Shown: positions 56,220 through 64,000 of the stretch, piece after piece | Numbering within the stretch: position 1 is the stretch's first letter | How the letters are laid out: each line of letters starts with the position of its first letter | Assembly (NCBI RefSeq): GCF_009914755.1 | Contig: NC_060925.1 | Reading direction: 5' to 3' (one strand) | Origin: the human T2T-CHM13v2.0 reference genome, Homo sapiens | DNA length: 64,000 bases | Position numbers and translations under genes: made by a program | The notes under the pieces: generated by a model | The model's input: only the letters and a program-made list of their open reading frames with translations | Told to the model about the DNA's origin: nothing | The model's database searches: none

Positions 56220-57585
56220 TGATCTGCCTGCCTCCACCTCCCAAAGTGCTGGGATTACAGGTGTGAGCCCCTGCACCTGGCCAAAAATAAATTTTTTTAA
56301 TAAAGAGCACAGCACAGTGACTGGCAAATAATACTAAATTAATAGCTGTCAGTTATAATTTTAAGGCTTCCAACTGCCATGTTGGAGGATTTACTGAATG
56401 CTAGGCATTGGGCCAAGTACTTTCCCAACTTATTTTTTTCCTCACAACCACCCTGTGGGGTAAGTAAGCACTATCCACATTAGGCCCAGAAGTTAAATAA
56501 ATAATTAGCAAGAGGTGGGGCCGGGATTATGCTCCATTTGTTTGAATCTACAGCCAAAATGCCTAACCACTACACTACTATTGCAGTGATGGTAGGATAC
56601 GGCCAGAAATATGGCAACTCGTGGTTGAACCTCAGGTTTTCAGACTGATGAGTCTCTGGCTTGAGAGCACAACATCCTAAGTTGAGGATGTATAGACTGG
56701 TAGGAAAGGACTTTGGGTGCCCATTAGTCCAGAGGGAGCCCCAGAAAGTGGCCTTAAAACACTTGGAGTGGGTTTCACTGTCAGAGATGCCAATTACTAC
56801 ATACAGAAGAAGCTTTCCATACTGACGACTGGGCACCAAAGTAAGTCAGAGGCCTGGGATACTCCCAGAGTAGGAGCATCTCAAAATTAAACTGTCTGGA
56901 TTGTCTAGCCATCTAAATTGTGTTTATGACGGCACACTGTGGGCAGGTCACTGTTCTGGGACTAGTCAGAACTCCAGGTGATTTGGAGTAGGGTAGTGGG
57001 ACTCAAGAAAATAGAGGCCGGGAGCTGTGGCTCACACCTGTAATCCTAGCACTTTGGGAGGCCCAAACAGGTGGTTCACCTGAGGTCAAGAGTTCAAGAC
57101 CAGCCTGGCCAACATGGTGAAACCCCATCTCTACTAAAAATACAAAAATTAGCTGGGCGTGGTGGCGCCAGCCTGTAATCCTAGCTACTTGGGAGGCTGA
57201 GGCAGGAGGATCGCTTGAACCCAGGAGGCAAAGGTTGCAGTGACCAGGATAGCACCACTGCACACCAGCCTGGGCAACAGGAGCAAAACTTCATCTCAAA
57301 AATAAATAAATAAATAAATAAAAATAGAGTGACAGAACTTGGGGACTGATTGGTTGCCAGATGACAAGGTTACTCCAATTTACACTCCTTTTAATTCTTC
57401 CCACCTCCCACCCCAGGGCCCTATATGGGAATGAAGGAAGAATCCCATTCCGGCTCCAACAAGACTCATGTTTTTCAGACTGGTAAACGTGGAGTGAGGG
57501 AATGGCTTGCACAGAGCAGTGGCTTGCCCTGGGTCACAGTGAGACAGTAAGAACAGGGCTTGGCTTCAGCTCACCAAGACTAGAG

Positions 57586-57862
57586 CAGCAGTTCCCAACC
57601 TTTTTTGGCACCAGGGACTGGTTTTGTGGAAGACAATTTCCACGGACAGGGGATGGTTTGGGGATTACTCAAGCGCATTACATTTATTGTGCACTTTATT
57701 ATTATTAATGTAACGTTGTAATATATAATGAAATGATTATATAACTCACCATAATGTAGAATCAGTGGGAGCCCTGAGCTTGTTTTCCTGCAACTAGACA
57801 GTCCCCTCTGGGGTTGTTGGGAGACAGTGACAGATCATCAGGTATTAGATTCTCATAAGGAT
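57586..57862 (+). mobile_element. MER1A-like hAT-Charlie DNA transposon fragment
   Basis: cagcagttcccaaccttttttggcaccagggactggtttt...agaatcagtgggagccctgagcttg...attagattctcataagga. Confidence 0.75.
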
Positions 57863-58116
57863 GCCAGGCATGGTGGCTGACGCCTGTAATCTCAACACTT
57901 GGAAAGGCTGAGGCAGATGGATCACCTGAGGACAGGAGTTTGAGACCAGCCTGGCCAACATGGCAAAACCCCGTCTCTATTAAAAATACAAAAAAATTGG
58001 TGGGCGTGGTGGCTCACGCCTGTAATGCCAGCACTTTGGGAGGCTGAGGTGGGTGGATCACGAGGTCAGGAGATTGAGATCATCCTGGCTAATACGGTGA
58101 AACCCCGTCTCTACTA

Positions 58117-58275
<159 letters not shown>

Positions 58276-58294
58276 TCAAAAGAAAAAACAAAAA

Positions 58295-59738
<1,444 letters not shown>

Positions 59739-59832
59739 ATAGGGAGGTAGTGGAACCGGGTTGTCCGGAGGGATATTTTCACTTTTTTGGATGCACTTGT
59801 ATCTGCAGTTTTTTACAACGAGCATATATTAA

Positions 59833-60016
<184 letters not shown>

Positions 60017-60118
60017 TAGCTGGGACTACAAGTGCACACCATCATACCCGGCTAATTTCTGTATTTTTAGTAGAGACGGGGTTTCACCATGTTGGCCAGG
60101 ATGGTCTCGATCTCCTGA

Positions 60119-60520
<402 letters not shown>

Positions 60521-60789
60521 TAATTTTCGTACTTTTAGTAGAGAGGGGGTTTCCCCCTGTTGGCGAGGATGGTCTCGATTTCTTCACCTCGTGATCCGCC
60601 CGCCTCGGCCTCCTCAAGTGCTGGGATTACAGGCGTGAGCCACCGTGCCCAGCCCTAACGAGCATATATTAATGTTGTAATTATATGTGTCTGTGTGTGT
60701 GTGGTTTTGTTTTCTATATAAAGTCAGACGAGTGTGTGTGTGTAGTTTTGTTTGTTTTCTAAATATATAAAGTCAGAAATAAACCCAAG

Positions 60790-61065
60790 TAACCCAGCCG
60801 CCTGGGCCAGGTGGTATCTGGCCCGCCCCATTCCAGCCTGAACTCCGCCCACCGCGATCCGGAAGCCTAGCGCCCAGTGGGTTGCAGGAAAAACCCGGAG
60901 CTGAACACACTGCCCGACCCGGGCCGCTGCGCTCGGGAGCCTGCGCAGAAGCCGTCGGAGGCGCATGCTCTGTAGCGGTCTCCGCAGCCAGGATTGGCGC
61001 CCGCGCGGGCCTTCGAGCCCCGCCCGCAGAGCCCCGCCCGCAAAGCCCCACCCCGGTGCGCGGGT
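60790..61065 (+). promoter_or_regulatory. TRNAU1AP CpG-island promoter
   Basis: ETS ccggaag (~60859), NRF1 gcgcatgc (60961), reverse CCAAT (60993), tandem GC-box unit gagccccgcccgca x2 (61015-61042). Confidence 0.8.
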
Positions 61066-61092
61066 ATGGCGGCCAGCCTGTGGATGGGCGAC
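61066..61092 (+). CDS. TRNAU1AP: TRNAU1AP (SECp43) coding exon 1 (MAASLWMGD)
   Basis: ggtATGG Kozak context; GAC|gtgagt donor; RNP2 motif LWMGDL. Confidence 0.92.
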
Positions 61093-61594
61093 GTGAGTGA
61101 GGGCAGCCGTCCGGGGTCTGAAGACAAGGAAGCATCTCGGTTTCGCGAGAGAGGAAGGATCTGAGTGGGAGGGGACTTGGGATCCCAGAAAGGGGAGACG
61201 TGTGACGGGGGTTCTTTTTGGTGACACAGAAGCGGGTTCCAGCATCTAAGTGAAGAGGCTGAGTCCGTGAGGCTAGGGGTCCTGGGGCCCCACCTGGGTT
61301 CGTGGGAGGGAAAGGTGGTGCTTTGGGGACATAGAATGGGAGCAATCCAAGGACTGAGGCGCGCTGTTCTGGGACCGGAGGAGTGGGGTTTCTAGGTCCA
61401 AGGGGAGGCTCCCTAAAGCGGGGCAAGCTTGAACCAAAAGAGCTGGGGTTTCAGGCCGCTCAGTGGAGGCGAACCTCGCCCCTCGCTCCCCCAGCGGCGC
61501 GTAGCCAGCCCTGGGCTGAACGGGAGGGGCTCTGGAACCCGGAGTGGGAAGCCCGGCCGCCGGCCTGAGCCGCTGTGCTCTTGTTTTTACGCAG

Positions 61595-61692
61595 CTGGAA
61601 CCCTACATGGATGAGAACTTCATCTCCAGAGCCTTTGCCACCATGGGGGAGACCGTAATGAGCGTCAAAATTATCCGAAACCGCCTCACTGG
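61595..61692 (+). CDS. TRNAU1AP: TRNAU1AP coding exon 2 ([33 protein letters not shown]), RRM1; gene continues beyond the window
   Basis: ttgtttttacgcag acceptor, GG|gtaagt donor; in frame with exon 1. Confidence 0.93.
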
Positions 61693-62189
61693 GTAAGTCT
61701 CATCTCAGGTCTCTCTTAATACATCTCGTTGCAGCTGTCATGTACGAGAATGTAAACATCGTAGTCATGGCTTCTCACTACCCCTAGTAATAGTCACTGT
61801 AAAATTATAACAGCTAACATTTTGAGGTCCCAATGAGTGGAAGGATGGCATGTAGCTTAAGGGTAGGACTTGCCAGGCGTTGTGACTCACACCTGTAATC
61901 CCAGCACTTTGGGAGGCTGAGGTGGGTGGATCACCTGAGGTCAGGAGTTTGAGACCAGCCTGGCCAACATGGTGAAACCCCGTCTCTACTAAAAATACAA
62001 AAATTAGCCGGGTGTGGTGGCAGGCACCTGTAACCCCAGCTACTCCGGAGGCTGAGGCATGAGAATCACTTGAACCCGGGAGGCGAAGGTTGCAGTGAGC
62101 TGAGATCGTGCCACTGTACTTCAGCTTGGACAACAAGAGCAAAACAATGTCTCAAAAAAAAAAAAAACAAAAAAACAAAAAACGCAGGA

Positions 62190-62390
62190 CTCAAGCGAGA
62201 CTGGGTTTGAAAGCTATTTCTACTCTATGACCTTGGGTAAGTTACTTAACTGCTCTGTCTCATTCACTTTGAGTATAAAAATGGAAATAACAGCACCTAC
62301 CTCCTAGAGTTATGGTGAGGATTAAATGAGTTAATTCACATTCATCATTAGGACAGTGTATGGCATATAGCATATGCTCAGTAAGTATAG
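62190..62390 (+). mobile_element. MIR SINE (approximate ends)
   Basis: tgaccttgggtaagttacttaac...aaaatggaaataacagcacctacctc...gaggattaaatgag. Confidence 0.7.
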
Positions 62391-62578
62391 TCAGATTACG
62401 ATCTGCTGAGTAATAAGCAGTTTACATCCATTATCTCCTTAAAACCTCAGAAACTTCTGAGGTAGGTAAATACTATTATGAAGAGGCTTAATAACTTGAA
62501 GAGTTACAATAAATAGCCGGGCGCAGTGGCTCTCGCCTGTAATCCTAGCACTTTGGGAGGCCGAGGCAGGCCGGATCA

Positions 62579-62815
<237 letters not shown>

Positions 62816-62973
62816 TTATAATAAATAACAAGTCAGGACTTGAATTCGAGTCTATCCTGAAAGCTCATGAGGGCCCTTAACTCTTATGCCATTCATTTAA
62901 AAAATTGTGGAGGATGGGTGCGGTGCCTCATGCCTGTAATCCCAGCACTTCGGGAGGCGAGAAGGGTGGATCA

Positions 62974-63226
<253 letters not shown>

Positions 63227-63698
63227 CTACTGTTATACATTCCTGGCTGAAATAATCCAGATATAGCCCCTGCTCATGGAGTTTACTACATTCTAGTGGG
63301 GAATGAGACAATAAATAAGTAAACATAACCAAATGCGTATTTTCAGATAGAGGTTCTCTATTGCCTCCATGTTCTTCTTTCTCTTTGAGGTCTTAGTTTT
63401 CCTTAGGGAATTATCAATTTGTCAGTGTTTATCAAGCAGCTACTCTTTTCCTTTTTTTTTTTTTTTTGAGACGGAGTCTCGCTCTGTCACTACCCAGGTT
63501 GGAGTGCAGTGGCGCGATCTTGGCTCACTGAAAGCTCCGCCTCCTGGGTTCACGCCATTCTCCAAGCAGCCACTCTTTTCTCGGTACTCTACTACATGTG
63601 GCTTGCTAAAACATCAAATGGTTTAAAAATAGAGATGAGACATTTGAAAGATACTTTGTGTATTCAGAACCCCATTACCTAGGAAAAGGTTTTTCTGA

Positions 63699-63998
<300 letters not shown>

Positions 63999-64000
63999 GG

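Noticed and set aside
60724-61426. 173- and 217-aa minus-strand ORFs at the TRNAU1AP promoter; likewise 38444-39025 and 38456-38968
   Set aside because: CpG-island artefacts overlapping real short exons; no homology recognisable.

Overview
Human (primate) genomic DNA, extremely Alu-rich, recognisable as the PHACTR4 - SNHG3/RCC1 - TRNAU1AP locus (1p35). All genes are on the + strand. Left to right: (1) the last two coding exons and Alu-laden 3'UTR of PHACTR4; (2) the 5'TOP promoter and small non-coding exons of SNHG3 (U17 host gene), with the H/ACA snoRNAs SNORA73A/B (U17a/b) in introns 1 and 2; these exons also serve as an upstream leader for RCC1; (3) a second, CpG-island RCC1 promoter; (4) a solo HERV-E LTR2 and an Alu-interrupted, 3'-truncated PRDX3 processed pseudogene, both antisense in an RCC1 intron; (5) the complete RCC1 CDS, 9 constitutive coding exons summing to 1266 nt (421 aa + stop), plus the beta/gamma alternative exon; (6) an intergenic four-level nested retroelement (Alu > LTR13 > AluY > AluYb8-type); (7) the promoter and first two coding exons of TRNAU1AP. 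No prokaryote-style novel system is present, and nearly all long ORFs in the supplied track are Alu or CpG-island artefacts. The best leads are regulatory inferences: an AUG-rich RCC1 leader exon whose upstream ORF becomes either an overlapping repressor or an in-frame N-terminal extension depending on a 5-nt acceptor choice; alternative polyadenylation that would gate an inverted-Alu duplex in the PHACTR4 3'UTR; a duplicated 5' splice site in SNHG3 exon 1; and a possible antisense Alu-PRDX3-LTR2 chimeric unit. Gene and repeat names come from my recognition of the sequence, not from a database search.
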